From assembly GCA_965285935.1 (NCBI GenBank), contig OZ260663.1, positions 49,662,001-49,726,000 of the forward strand: a stretch of 64,000 nt of DNA, written 5' to 3'. Source of the DNA: Ophelia neglecta (taxonomy: Eukaryota). A program made the translations under genes and the position numbers. A model generated the notes under the pieces. That model was not told where the DNA came from. It saw only the letters and a list, made by a program, of their open reading frames with translations, and searched no databases. This document shows positions 13,201 through 27,200 of this stretch, in pieces. Every line of letters begins with the position of its first letter. The stretch's first letter is position 1.

Positions 13201-16200
13201 TCTTTTATCCTGTAGAAAAGTGTGGGTAAACGAAAACGAGGAAATTTACGTAGGGCAAATAATATAAAATCCAGTTATTGCACCAATCCATTGAAGGCGA
13301 TTTGCGCCAATTCCGAGCGATCGATGCCGGCCTTTGTCGCTGATTTCATCAGTCCTCCCGAAAACGCCCCCTAATTGACTAAGCTCTAAAATTAATTAAT
13401 CCAAAGACCACCGGGTGGACTTTGATTACTGCTAACTATGTGAATAGCGATTTGTGCTGCGAAGCAAAATTTCCATCAGCCATTTTGTAATAAGCTCCCA
13501 GTGTTTACAGAACCAGTTCGTGATTTCAGTTTCAAAGCATAAAAATAATAAAAAACTCACATAGTGCAACAAATAAACCATTTGGGGGCAAAGAACCACT
13601 GGCAATATGATAATTAATTATGGATTGAACTACAAAAGCGCACCTTAATATTTCATAAACACATACTGTGATGTAGGCCCGCCTTTGTATAACTAGGTTT
13701 TGTTTGCAGGGGCAATGATACGGCTAGAAGTCTTTGATGTTCAACTGATTTACCAAATATTCATACCACAGTAGTCATTGATAGTGTTCATATGATAGAT
13801 AATGTATTTATGGGGGATTTGCTTACATTTCACCTGCCGATACAGATCAAAGGCGTTTACAGCAGAGAAAAGACTAAGATTGCGCATCTTTGTCATTTTT
13901 GATTGTCCAGCAAAAGAATAAACGATTCGTTATCATCTCTTTATCTAAAGAACTCACTTTATTTTGATAGAACGAAGAAGAAAACAAAGTATTGATCAAG
14001 TCACAATACGAAGAAATCCGTTGCTATAGGTCCAAATATAGGCCTATATATATAGTCAGTCATGTGACCTCCTATCTTTACATAAATAGATTCATACATA
14101 AAATTACATCGAAATTCGTTACCTGGGACACACATGTATACCATAACCTTGTATAGGAAAGTACACAGGCCTAAATTATATCTTTTACCTGTGGGCCTAT
14201 ATGTTTATCATGGTAAGAATGCATAGTTTAATTGATTCCAGGTATCAAACGTTAATGTCGACCAAAGGGTATGCCTGTATGTAGGCCTAAAACAAAAATA
14301 TATGTATAGCAATTTATATTTTGAGGGAGAAAATATACATCTAACATGGCACTCAGACAGAAGGCCTGCTTATAACCTCCCCATTATTATGTTTTTTTTG
14401 TCCTGTGACCAAGCAGTCTTCCATGCCGACGGTGGGTTTCATTTTTGGCGGTCTCTATTAGCTTTCAACTTCATGGAGTTATTCGTGCCTCCAGTGACAT
14501 AGAGACTCTCAGTAGGACGGACGACGTGTGTCCCCCAGCAACAGCCACTGGACTACGGAATGTAATCTCATCCGTAAGGGCGAACACTTCCTGCGGTGCC
14601 TAGCGAATATTTCCAGAGAAGGCGGCGGGCTCTGCCATCCAACTCTCTTAAATCCCAATTATAGTGGATACTTTTGTGTGCTTCAAGCTCTCGTCTGGTT
14701 ACCTCCGATGAGTATTTATGTTCTCCCGTCTCCAGTGGGTCCGCAATCATCGCCATTGTTTGCAGCAATGTGGCCTGTATTGGTTTTATTGTGATAGGAA
14801 GATATTATGATTTATTACATTTTTGTCTTTAGTCTGGCTTCCTATGGGGAGAGATGGTCAATAATGTGACATTATCTTCTAGCACTAATTAAATAATCCA
14901 AATCTGACATTGCGGGTGTAAAATATAATTCGATTTCCTGTCGACGCGATGATATTAAATGTTGGCCTTTATTTGGACTTTATTTCATGAATGCACTGGA
15001 GAAATTTCAGTTGAGCCAAAATGAATGCTTTGAAAGGAATTGACATGAAAGCTATCAATTGTTCATTTATCGGTAGTAACTCTTTCAACATTATTTTACA
15101 GGTGTATGACAAATGAAATTACGGTAAATTACCATGAAGCGTAACTCGATAACCAACCAAATATTTGCTGGCCGAGCCAAAGCAGATTAGCGTCAATTAC
15201 CGCGTCAATGTGCAGATTAAATACGGTAGAACGACTTGAAAACAAGATTTCATCAATTCATCCGACATTGAGATCTTGTTACGGACAGTTCCATATGTCG
15301 TCTGCGCTCGAGGATTGCCGCAGTAATTCATCGTAACATCATCATCTGTCGGAGTCAGCAGGCTGATAGTGCGTCGCCATTTTCAGCTCAAGCCCTCCAC
15401 TAGACGCTTAATGTAATTCGAGTATAATTATGTCGGCTCGGTGGAGCGAAAGTCGCTTAACCTTCTGCTAATTCCTCGCCAGCGTCTACTTCACGGTTAA
15501 TAATTCTAGGCAATCGCTTTGATTTCGAGCTAATATGTTGATAAGTCCGTAATCAGAAGTATGATAAGTGAGCAAACTGCCCGAACCAAGCCACTCCTAG
15601 AAAACTAGGGGGGCTGGCCTGTTGTTGGCAACCATGATGTCTACTCGTTTCATCTCGCCAACATCGTTTTCCTTTCATGGCGATGGACTGTATTAGAAAA
15701 GTGCCGAGGGGAGAGATTGAAGAGACCAATGTTCTCTCAGTCTCAGGCCCATCGAGTGTCAAGAGGGACGCTCTTCTCGACCTAATCGGCCAGAAAATTC
15801 TAAGGGTGGCGAACATTATCTAAATTATGTGGTTAATTCCACGAAATTAATCGTTGATATTGCTTTTACCATGACGAGTTTCATGTAAAATTACTTTATA
15901 GAAAAGATGTGCTTAAGAAGCAACTTTAACGCAGTAACAAAGGTTTAAGTTCAACAAAAAGCGAGGGAAATAACTCATGATATCACAATTTTAAGAGGTA
16001 GGCTCGAATGAAATGATATAGCTTAATGGATAACCAGAGTTCATAACTTTTGCCCTTCAAAGCAGCCACTCTCATTTATATGAGATAAAAATTTTATAAC
16101 CATTTAGACCTAAAGAAATCTATTAAAGGCTTAAGCTTTAACTGCTCCTACAAATCATATTATAAGCAATTTTTTTCATGATTTGTATAGAATTGAATAT

Positions 16201-19200
16201 AAATTTGATACAAAAAATATTTAAAATACATATAGGTACTATAATTAATAATAGTCATTATGCTTTCTATATAGGCCTAGGGCCTATATAGATATCTATA
16301 TATTTACTAACCATGCAGAATTCAGTGCCTATATGATCATATCCAATAAAAGAATTTTGGGGGAGTTTGAACAATTCTCAGTTTCGGCGGTTAAAGTGCG
16401 GCTAATATATAGGTTATATATAAATCTCTAAAATACCACTATATCCCTGAGAGGAAATAAAACACATACATAGCAGCATCTGTTGGAAGTCATTTTGAGC
16501 AGGCCCAATACCTTTACTGAAGTGTGCAATGTGTTATTTAGAAATTCAAACAAAACGGGCGATTTCTTCCGAACTGGACCCAAGGGCAAGGCAAAGCAAA
16601 CAAGAAGAACGCTCATATTAGTCTCATCATCAGTGAGTTCCCTAACCCGCATTTTGCCAACCGCCCCCAAACATCCAATATTTAATGACCCGCGGGCTCT
16701 GACGACTAAAATATTGATTCAAGTGGCCAAATTGCCACCAAAATGTATCAGCAGCGGCACAAGTACAATCTGACAGCCACCCGGAACAATGCGGATCACT
16801 TTGTATCTCTTGGCTTATTTTCTGTTTCATAAAAACTTTCTAATGGTGAATGTATTTTATGAAATGAAAATAAACTCGACAGGTTAAAGGTTGACTTTCT
16901 TTCACTCTGCTGACACCTGTGTGATAATTTAGCCTAAATTGAAGCTATCGTTTCATCCTCCATTATGAGTCCTTTACCGGGCCAACATAAGGCGTATTTA
17001 ATCGACCATTACCCCACCTTTATGGAACACATACCTATTCAATTTGCTTCAATGCACCGGAGAATTTAAATTTACTCTCGAGAGTTAAATGCTTTTATTC
17101 ACCAGGAAATACTTTATGGGTATCATGCTGCGAATCCTCGACCTGCAATACATTTGTCAGCGATTATTCGGCGGGACAAAAACTGCACAAACATTTCTCC
17201 AACTGTCGGTATGAAAAAAGGATACAAGCTTTGTTATTTGTCCTCCTAACAAATAAACTTTAGAACCACTTAAAAGTATAATGATCGTCTGGAGTGCTAG
17301 AATCCTCTCTTTATGGTATATTCACCAAGTGAATGATTGACCACAGATAGGCAAACTGAACATATTAACCACTAATTTGTAGGAAAACATCAAAGTTGTT
17401 GCCTGGCAGGTGTTTCAAAGAAGAGGAAAGGATTAAGAGGATTTCTTGGCCAGTATTTAAGAGATTTGCCACTCCTGGCTGTAATTACTTTAACCGTACG
17501 CCGGGTTCTTCTGTAATTATAATCACAGAACGACAGGTAAATAGTAAACTTGTATTATCCTCATAGTTAACTCCCGAGCTTCCAGAACAAAGAAAATAAT
17601 ATAGAAAATGTGCTCCCAGAGGAAAGAAGAAAATCATAGAGTAACATACGGACAAAATATTTGTACGAAACTTTCCGTGTTATTTAAAGATTAATTGTTT
17701 TAACTATGCAACTGACATGCACTGCTTAAAAATTCTAATGTTGGTGGCTACATTCTTTGTCTTTATGCAAGTTAGAAGGATACTTGCTGGTGGAAAGTAA
17801 CAGTTGAACTTCTGATTCGTTTTGTAGTATTTTCCTCTCCCTCGCCTACAACGGCTATCAATATTATTCGACCAATACGCCCACGGCCATACTGGGTTCT
17901 GAGGGAAATAAACGAAGCCCTGGAAGTGGGCACAAGCTGAGAAGGCTTATTTCCTCTGAAATGATATCTTTAGGAGATAACCAACAACTGTTGACGTTGT
18001 TGAGAGATAGTTAGCCATCTTGTCACAATATCTGCGCAGGTTCATTTGTGCATGATGAAAATATGGCGACCTTCTAGGATTTCTTTTCACACACACCTCG
18101 TCGTATTATCGGCAGCAGACGCCGGAATTTCTCCATCACCGTTTCGGGATGGAGCTAGCTAAAAGCTTGGTGGACTCACGTAAAGGAGAAGCACTAGCAA
18201 ACACGAAATTATTTAGCTGCGCATTCTTCGCAAATGTATTCTAACAGAACAAATTGCTAGTCTTCACAATTTCCTCCCTCTAACCACGCGTCTAACAATT
18301 AGACCACCTTGCTCAGACAAAATTATTGTGAGAAGGATTTGTACTTTTATATTGGACAACATGCGTCAAACCAGCTAGTATAGTAACATAGAAAAGTGTA
18401 GCCTAATTTGCAACAACTTTAAAAATGAATGATTAAAATGTATAGGTTATCATTTAATGCGCTAAAACAAATGCATATTAAAGCTGTTGGATTAGGGCCT
18501 AGGGCCTATACATGCTTACACTGTTTTCTAAGTTGCAATACCTTTGGTGATAGGCCTATAGCCTGCCCCTGTGTATAGAATGGTGCCCTATCTAACCAGC
18601 CCCATGCTATCTCTTTGCGGGTCAGTAGTTGTTGTGTATTTTTCTGTCCAGCAGCTCTGTGAACGACGAGAACTAATTTGCACAAGTGGTTTGGGTGAGT
18701 AAAGTAAATAAATCGACCACACACAACTTGTGACTAAACTCCTAACGTGTTTCAGAGAAGTGGCCACCAGAGCTCGCCTCCCGGCTCCCAGCGCCATATC
18801 TGGAAATATTAACCAGTTCTTGTCCGTATAATGCTTCTGCTTGACCGAAGGGTCCTTGCGCAACGCCATATTGAATAAACATTTACCCGCAATACACTCT
18901 AAAATCACAATATCACACCCCTTTAATGTGTGATTTGCTTATCTGGACCCAAACATTGAGTTCTGCTGTTCGGCCAATTCGCCATACTTGAGCACTTGGA
19001 ACCTGTTGGTTATTAACTCGGGACATGATATATGTTGTGTAGGCCATACACTGGTTCCAATCCATTGCAAACACTCATGAAGGCATTACTAATAGTTTTC
19101 ATAAGGTGCTCTTTGAAGAGAAAATATTGCCCCAGACTAAGAGTCAATGCGGTATAACACCGTAGTGGCACATACTCGCTTCAGCATCACTTAAAGCTTC

Positions 19201-20429
19201 CTGGCTGATATGGAATTTCAGTTGAAACCTATTCTGAGGTTCCAGCCAAGCTACGTGTACTACTCAGAGAGCACTGCCACTCCATCCGATTAGGCTTAAA
19301 ATGGGAAACCCGATGACTACTCGTCAGAGTCGCTTCCTTGATTAAATAGGCTAATTTGTGTCAATTTGACATTTTGAAAAAAAAGGCGTAGACCTAAGCA
19401 TTGTATGGCCTGCGTCTTCTAATACAAATTTCATCCTCAGTTTAATACATACATTTATGATTGACGCCCCCGATATGCAAGATATTGGTTTAAAGCTATA
19501 TGTTCATTGGCTGCAGTTCTATCTAGGGCTCCATCATTTTTTTCATAAATAATGCATGGCACTTATTCGTTGCACGTTCACGATCAGCACGCAAAGCAAA
19601 TACGTGTAGTTAGCCAGAAAACATTAAACCTGAGTGATCAACAATACACTATGACTTTTCCTGAAGTCCATGCAAGACTTTAGGTCGGCTTTGATTATTT
19701 TTACTCATACAAAGTGGTCACTGTAAACGAAACGTCCAGGGGTAAGAATGAGACCCCCTATATATAAGCCTATATGATATCATTGGGAAGGAGGGAGGAT
19801 CGAGGAGAGGAGAGGAAGAGGGGAGAGGGGTGAGGGTTCTGATAGATGTGTCTCTCAACACTCCGAATATAGGACGAAATCCGATGAGAAGAAAATAACA
19901 AAAAACAACATACAGTATGACGTTAGGTTGAAAACAGCAATTTCCACTTCAAAAAGGGCAAAGAAGATTATCTACAGGCCTCAAATTTCAAGCATAGTGA
20001 CGGGTAAATGCAAGTCTGCAAATAGCTTAATAATGACAAACATGCCCTTATCACATTAGTCACATTAAAGCTGACATTTCACTCAACTAGGAGGAGTACA
20101 ATATGGGCCTACCAGCCAGACATAATCACCAACATAACATATAGGCCTACAGTAGGTCTATCGGTTATGATGATATGATTATAACAGGCTCCCAAATTGT
20201 ATGGTATATACCATATGTGTACAATCATTGACCAGTTATAATGAACATATCATAAGAAATGGCGGAGGCGGGGGCGGGGGGGGGGGGGGGTAGACGCATA
20301 AAGTCATTTTATTTTATTCCAAGTAAATGTATGTAGAGACCAAAAGACTACCCAAGAAACATATAAGATATGTGGCCTACTTTGTTATGCACCAGTTTTC
20401 AGTTTAACTGAAAGGTTTAGTGCGAGTAT

Positions 20430-20746
20430 GGGACCGGTTATCAATAACATATTTGACTCGTTTGGGCTGTTTGACCAGCATGGGGAAAATACATGTACCA
20501 CTCCCATAAGCAAGAAGTATCCCCCCTATATTGCACATTTCAGAACATTTCATCCACCCCATACCCCTCAGCTTCTTTTTCTAGCTGAAGGCGTGTCCCA
20601 AGGAATGGCGTTTGAAAGGAAAGGGGGCCCAACCCGGGGGCCTAAAGGAGTCAATTTTTGGGGGAATCCTACCAGTCTAAAGGAAACATGGTACAGAGAA
20701 ACGCTGAATAATGACTCCCCCCCCCAGGTATTTAATGATCAGTCCC
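20430..20746. mobile_element. Degenerate MITE, possibly PIF/Harbinger-like
   Basis: Imperfect terminal inverted repeats: GGGACCGGTTATCAATAAC versus GGGACTGATCATTAAATAC (reverse complement of the right end). Flanks are TAT and TAA, resembling a TWA target duplication, and there is a subterminal poly-C tract. Confidence 0.45.
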
Positions 20747-23700
20747 TAAGTTACCACTCCGTGGTATATAAAGGTCAACAGCTGGTAATCTTTATTGTCT
20801 GGGGACTAACCTAACATCCCTCTTCCTCGGACCCCCAAACACAGCAGACAATGCGTGTACGTACAGATAGCAGTGTAAATAAATCTCAGGCATCATAAAC
20901 CCATCTCTTAAAGGCAATATTTATCTAGTGTCTACCTGTTGAAAGTCTTAATTTGATTTCAACTGTGAGATTTATGAATTTATTCAATGATAAATGTAAG
21001 CTAATCGATAACATTGACGCCTATAGATATCAACTTTAGACCTATAAATGAGGGGACAGATACACTGGTACACTTCCGATATAAGCGCGGATTACGGCTA
21101 TATAGGCACAGGCACGGGCAACACCTTCTTTGTTTATGGTTATATACTTGTCCCCACTAAACATGTGGAAGTTTTCTGAGTATATTAAACTGTGTTATGA
21201 AGCCATGCGTTGTAAATAACATCTTAATACAAAAGAGAGGTTATGAAAAACTCGGAAATATTAAACGAGGAGATTTGTTTTCTTTTTCATTTCTTTTGCG
21301 GTTGCGAGATGATTTCTTCACCCCAGTCACCTCTGTAGATAAAGCAAGCCTGCGCTGACAGCACTTGAGGCCGGCTGGGATGCGATTTCTATTTGCCGTG
21401 TCTATCTCGAGGTGCATATATCATGCTGCATTATCGTTTACAGTTCTATTGACATACCCGACTCAAAAACTGAACGCTTGTAGAGATTCGAAAATTAATT
21501 TGCATCAATTTCTTAAAGCTTGTTCCCCTGAAGCAAGCTTGCCGACCTGATTACTTGAACAATTTGCCGTCAGATAGCTGCGCGTTTAACCCAATTGACG
21601 TGGAGTGTTGAATGGCCACGTGTACTCGACAAATTGGTAGAGTCAGGGTTATATCAACTGGGCTGTTAATGAGAAATGTTAGAATATCGTTGTGGGAACG
21701 ATACACGATCGGCAGCTGTCCCATCGTTTTAACTCTCACACCAGACAGTGCCGCCATTGTACAGACGAACTAGGCGGTTCTGGGCCCTGACAGCAGTCGA
21801 CCCTCGCTATAATCGGAAACTCTCCGGCTGCTCTCTGTAAGTGTATCCGACCACCGTAATCTGGAATCCATTGGATTCAAAACTTGGTGAAATTGAATAT
21901 TTGTCAACAGTTATGGTAACCTTGGGGGTCCTGTAGTTGTTTTTAATTTAGGGTCTTTTGTAACGATAATGAATAACATTCCTTCGTGCTATAACAAACT
22001 TCAAGCATATAGCGTATATACCCAAAGTCCCAAACTTAAAGCGGACTAAACATAAATTGCTAGTTTGAGCGAGATAACCTTTAAGGCGTAAATTTAATAT
22101 TACGTTTACTTATGAAGAAAACGACAAACATGAGTTCTGAGATAAAGACCAGGTTACAAAGTTATTTTCATTTAAAGATTCGGCTTGAAAGTAGAAAGTA
22201 ACTTTTATATGTTATGAGACACTGTGTTAATTAAATAATGTATAACTATTTTGAATCATACGTCCTTGCTTGGTTATATTCTTCCATGATAAACTCTACA
22301 TCTGATAAAAGTATTACTTGAGGTGTATCTTTACATGTGTACTTGACACTAATGCTGTTTATCTCTCAAATCATCAGAGGCAATGCTCAACCAGCAAATT
22401 TTCCCGTGTAGGGTTATCGACACTATCAGACTTGGCTTCGATAAGGTGTCTTTGTTTTGTAAACACCGACATCGATATGATTGTGAATTCCTCAGATACT
22501 GAGGAAGGTAATAATAAGTTTATTTGTTTCGGGACCATGTAAGAAACAGAAAGGTTCAGTATACATTTATTTAAAAGATCAAAGAAATCCAATAAAGTAG
22601 ATAAACTAACCCTTCGCGGTTTGCTGTTACACTTTCGATGAGAAATATTAACCCTTCAACAGTAATACGGGTAAGGGCTATACGCAGCTAGGCATACAGT
22701 ATATATCCCCGGTGTACAGATAGAACACATGTGTTTCTATATTCCCACATATTTTTAATGTAATCGTCCACACTCTTCATTTCTGCATTATGACTTTTAA
22801 GAGTAACCTCTAGGCCATGCAATACTTACAAGTAGCCGAGAACGTATTTAATGTTAAATCAGTTTGAGATAATTTAATGTCATTTCAAACTGGTAGTCAT
22901 TCAGCTTAGAGAGACTAATCATAACGGAGTACTTTACAAGCTGGTGAGCAGAAATTTGTTTGAGCTGAATACTTCCATATGCAAAGGAAAGAGAATAGCA
23001 ATAGCGATGTACATCTGCTAGTAATTCTGTACCAGGCACCCCCTTAAACCAGTCTCTGGCTGTTTGCACTTCCCAAAACTCTACATGTGTAAACTTGGAT
23101 CAATTTAATAACTTTCTAATTGTGTATATAAACTTGGAAACCAAATGTGCCTAGCTTACTCAGCGCGTAATCCTATAGCATGTTTCCCTGTAAAATAAAA
23201 GGACCGCCAAGTAATCCGGCCCTGCCGAGAGGGTCTGTTAAACTCATAACTACGCCATATGGAAGGCATTGCCTCTCCAAAGTACGTGAAAAATCACCGA
23301 CAATGTCAAATGAAGTAAACGCGTTCTAACTCGGTGTTAGTGAACCCCAAACCGTGTTCCTCACCCCTGCAATTCATCATCGAGTTTACCCAAACAACAT
23401 ACCCAGAGTTTTGTGTAAATATTTTGGTTCTTATACACGCGCTGGTTTCATGTTTCACCATCTTTATAAAGAAGAAAACACACAAAGCTGTTTTACCGGA
23501 CGCTTGTTGTTTTTCATCTGCTGGTGGAGGTCGTTATGACAAAACAACAGGGAATTATTAGTAAATTCAGTAACTTATGGCCGAGTAGACCTGTCAGAGA
23601 CAAGAAACTCCATAAAGGCATTGAATGTCTTTAAAGTTTAAACTAAAATGTCGCCAATCAAATCTAAAGGCACGAATACGTATCCAACTTCATAATAGTC

Positions 23701-23959
23701 AAAGTAGATAATGCATCATAGATTACAAACACTTCTAGTTAAAAGATTTAGTGGCTATAAAGACACCAATACCGGTCTTAGATTAATACATCCATTATAA
23801 CTTATTTCTATAAAATGAGACGCGAGTCTTATGCTAGAGTAATATATGGACCTATGCATCGGAGTGTTTGGATTGGATTATTTGTTCCGTCAATAGACTA
23901 GTCATTAGGCCTAGTGTTAATTAATAATATGTCATTCGATGTATTATTCCCAATATTGC

Positions 23960-24210
23960 GAGTGGCTAAAAGTTTAGAAAATTTGTCAGAATGTGTTACA
24001 CAGATTTCTGCAATATTTAGGTACAAACAAATGAAACACTTTGACATGGATTGAGCCAGGAACTTTGTTTCGAATATTCAGAAACCTAATTCAGAAAACT
24101 TTGTACGAATGTATGACAAAATAACAATATGGTCGTCATCATCAAAAGCGGAAATGAAAGAAATGCATACACATTGATACATTACTCCAAACTTTCGGGA
24201 TGGTCACAAT
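23960..24210 (+). repeat. Degenerate dispersed repeat, copy 2 of 3
   Basis: Contains GGATTGAGCCAGG...TTTGTTTC...CTTTGTACGAATGTATGACAAAATAACAATATGGTCG...ATTACTCCAAACTTT. Confidence 0.62.
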
Positions 24211-27200
24211 ATTGTGTCATATAGGCTGATGAATAAAGATATTTTTGATGAAATGGACGCCAAGATATTATTAAACCGGTATTTCAGGAGAGCAAGTAAG
24301 ACTGTATAGCCTCCTGTATGTTTCTGATGCATTCCACACCGTTATTTATCCGGCACTGCGAATAGTTGAAAACATTTGTTTATGATATTTTCAGGTTACG
24401 GGTTAATAAATAAACATATTTGATATTTTTTCTGTTATTTTCATTTGTACACCAAATCTCATTTGAATGGAGTATCCTTCCATCTTACACATACACAGTT
24501 ACGTGCAGGGTGTACATAATAAGCCAGGCCTATATGATGTTCAAGAGACAAAGAACAAGTTCAGGTCTTTGTGGGTGGTCAGTCTGTATACATTTATTCA
24601 TATTTTACAGCTCCATTTTTCCCCCTCCTAGGTCACGACCTGTTTGTTATCACACCGTCAACTAAGGAAACTGAAACAAATCTTAATAGCTTTCATGTTA
24701 GATTCCTATCAGACAACCATTCGGATTATTTGGAATATCATAAGTTCCAGGAAAAAGCCCGGAAGCGAGGGTAGTGCTCGTTTGAAGTGTCGTCTGCTTC
24801 ACATTCATGGATCTATCCCCCGGAGTACCTGGGCCCAGCGGCCTGCCGGAATATTTAGCCAGATAACTCAAACATATTTTGACAATATGCGTGCGGTTTA
24901 TGCGTATCTGTCAACAGTTGTCTTTGGTTTATTTCCTTCTCTATGCAGACTTCACACGCGGAATGGCTTAGCACCCCACAGCATATGTGTTAACGACCAA
25001 ACAACCTGTGCATCTCATCACCAAACGCTTACAAACAAATCCCCAAACCCCCTTCATTCGTTTAATAAATATTTTCCCGCTAATTAGCTTAGGGTTATCT
25101 TATCTCGCAACCGGCCTGTATAAATACATAACTAGAACTATAAAGAGCTGGGTAAAGCTCCGGTGGCAATCCGCAGATTTTGGGGCGGGCTTCTTCTGAC
25201 CCTTGAGAGGGATTGAAACTTCCAGAAGACATGATTAAACTTGTGATATCGTTCACACCCTGTAACTACAACACTTCAAAGATGTGTTAATATCCAAAAC
25301 ATGCCTTCTAGGGTACGGGCCGGTCGCCAGATACAAGAAGATTAAAGCTAATGTCTGGTTGTCATCAACGAATTCTATTATTTTCTTAATCACACCAGAA
25401 GGCGATAGAGCTCAGGAGACAAAACGCAAACAAAAGACAAGGACTGCCCACTCATTACGTCCATTTCACTGCGGATTAAGTAGAGTTTTAAGGGTTTTAG
25501 AAACCTTTGACACGTTTCTCCATTATATCAAAGGAAAACCTTAGAGTCTGATATACTTAAACTTTATGCGCGAAATGTTATTTGTAAAGTCAAGGGCCTT
25601 TTGAATTCTAGAAACCACCTGTGGCAGTTAGAAAGTGATGTTTTTCTTCTTTAAATATCATATATAGTCGGTGTCCAATTTGGTGTAGGTCTATCCAATC
25701 TGATAGAGGAGGCACGCTGATCACCCGCCTCACTGACAAAGAGGCCTGTGCTATTCCAGCACTAGCACTGAGAGTCGATACCGAAAAGTTACTACAGACA
25801 AATTATCTGATAGAATAGCTTGTATACTTAAGATAAAGAGTCATGATTCTTTGATCGAATAACAAGTATTAGATTAGGGACCGCATGAAGACTAAAGCAT
25901 GTGTCAGACTGATCTTTATTGGCATGTGGTGGGGCGCTGAGACTGCCACCTCGGCCTGCCCTCTGCCCTTTCATCTGATAAACTAATATGAAAAATATGC
26001 GAGGACCGCAAATAAACAGATCATTTAGGTTTAATTTCTTATGATGTCTTATCTTAATGACGCGTTACTCGTTTCATTCAACGGTAGCATCAAACAATGT
26101 TAAATTAATGAAGGCACGCCGCGGGAGTTTGGTAGTTTTAATCAAAGTTAATCGAATGGATGAATTTCGGACGATAAGTGGCACTATCGTCTGCCGATGA
26201 GCGCTAACTACCCCAGCTCGCACATGGCCCAGACAATAATCACCGAGCTGCTGACCCATAATGATTTTAATGAAATTACACGCGTTTGGGGTCTCGGAGA
26301 TGAAACCCTCCATGAAATCGAGCAAGACCCTTCCAGGGAGGACCGGGATGCACACATAAACCGTTGATTTAGGGCGGCAATCAGCTAGACAGAGGTCCAA
26401 AGGGGGCTAAAAGGGCGAAGCCCATCCCACCCTAACACCGCTCCCGCTGACAAATAGTCCTGTACAACATTCATCCAGTCCCCACATCGAATGGTTAATG
26501 TCATTAGAAGTCCTTCTCAATTTGGACTGATCCTCCTACCGAGACTAGATTGAGACGCAGGCGAGCCCTAACAAAGTAATGGAGATATTGGGCACTAAAT
26601 ACATTGATGAAATTACCCGAGATTAGCACTTAAGCCAGGGGATGAACTTGGCGATTAACGGAATTGACACTAACCAAGTCTTGCATGTGAAAGCGAATCT
26701 TTCCAAATGTTTACGATCGCCCTTGTTCAATTTCATTGATTTTATGTGTCAGGGAAAACCTTGTCTGAATAGGGTCTGCGTGGTGGTGACACTGGCCGAG
26801 ATAACTATGCAGTCACAATAATCTCTGAGCCCGAGAAAACCCACAAAATACTAAACCTACACATCAGATAACGTTAGATCTATTACTATCTTACGCTTTT
26901 TTTGGGAAATGCAAAATTACGTGTGCTCTACAAAAACATACTTTTTTCAGGGGCTTGCCAAAACATCCTATATAAGGCAAAAAAAAGCATGCAGCTAAAC
27001 AATTTCAAACAATAAAATAGAAAATAATTTTAATCCCCGAATATTAAACACTTATATATATGTTTAGGTGTATGTATATTATAGTGTGTTATTATATATT
27101 ACCCGCTTTATATATGCAAAATACTAAAATTGTCTTTAGTAATAAATGAAAATGCTGTTTAAATCTCAGTCTTTCTAAATTGGCAAATCCATCATATTTT

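Noticed and set aside
26111-26119. AAGGCACGC, resembling the 5' end of miR-124
   Set aside because: The match is only 9 nt, with no mature-length identity and no precursor hairpin.
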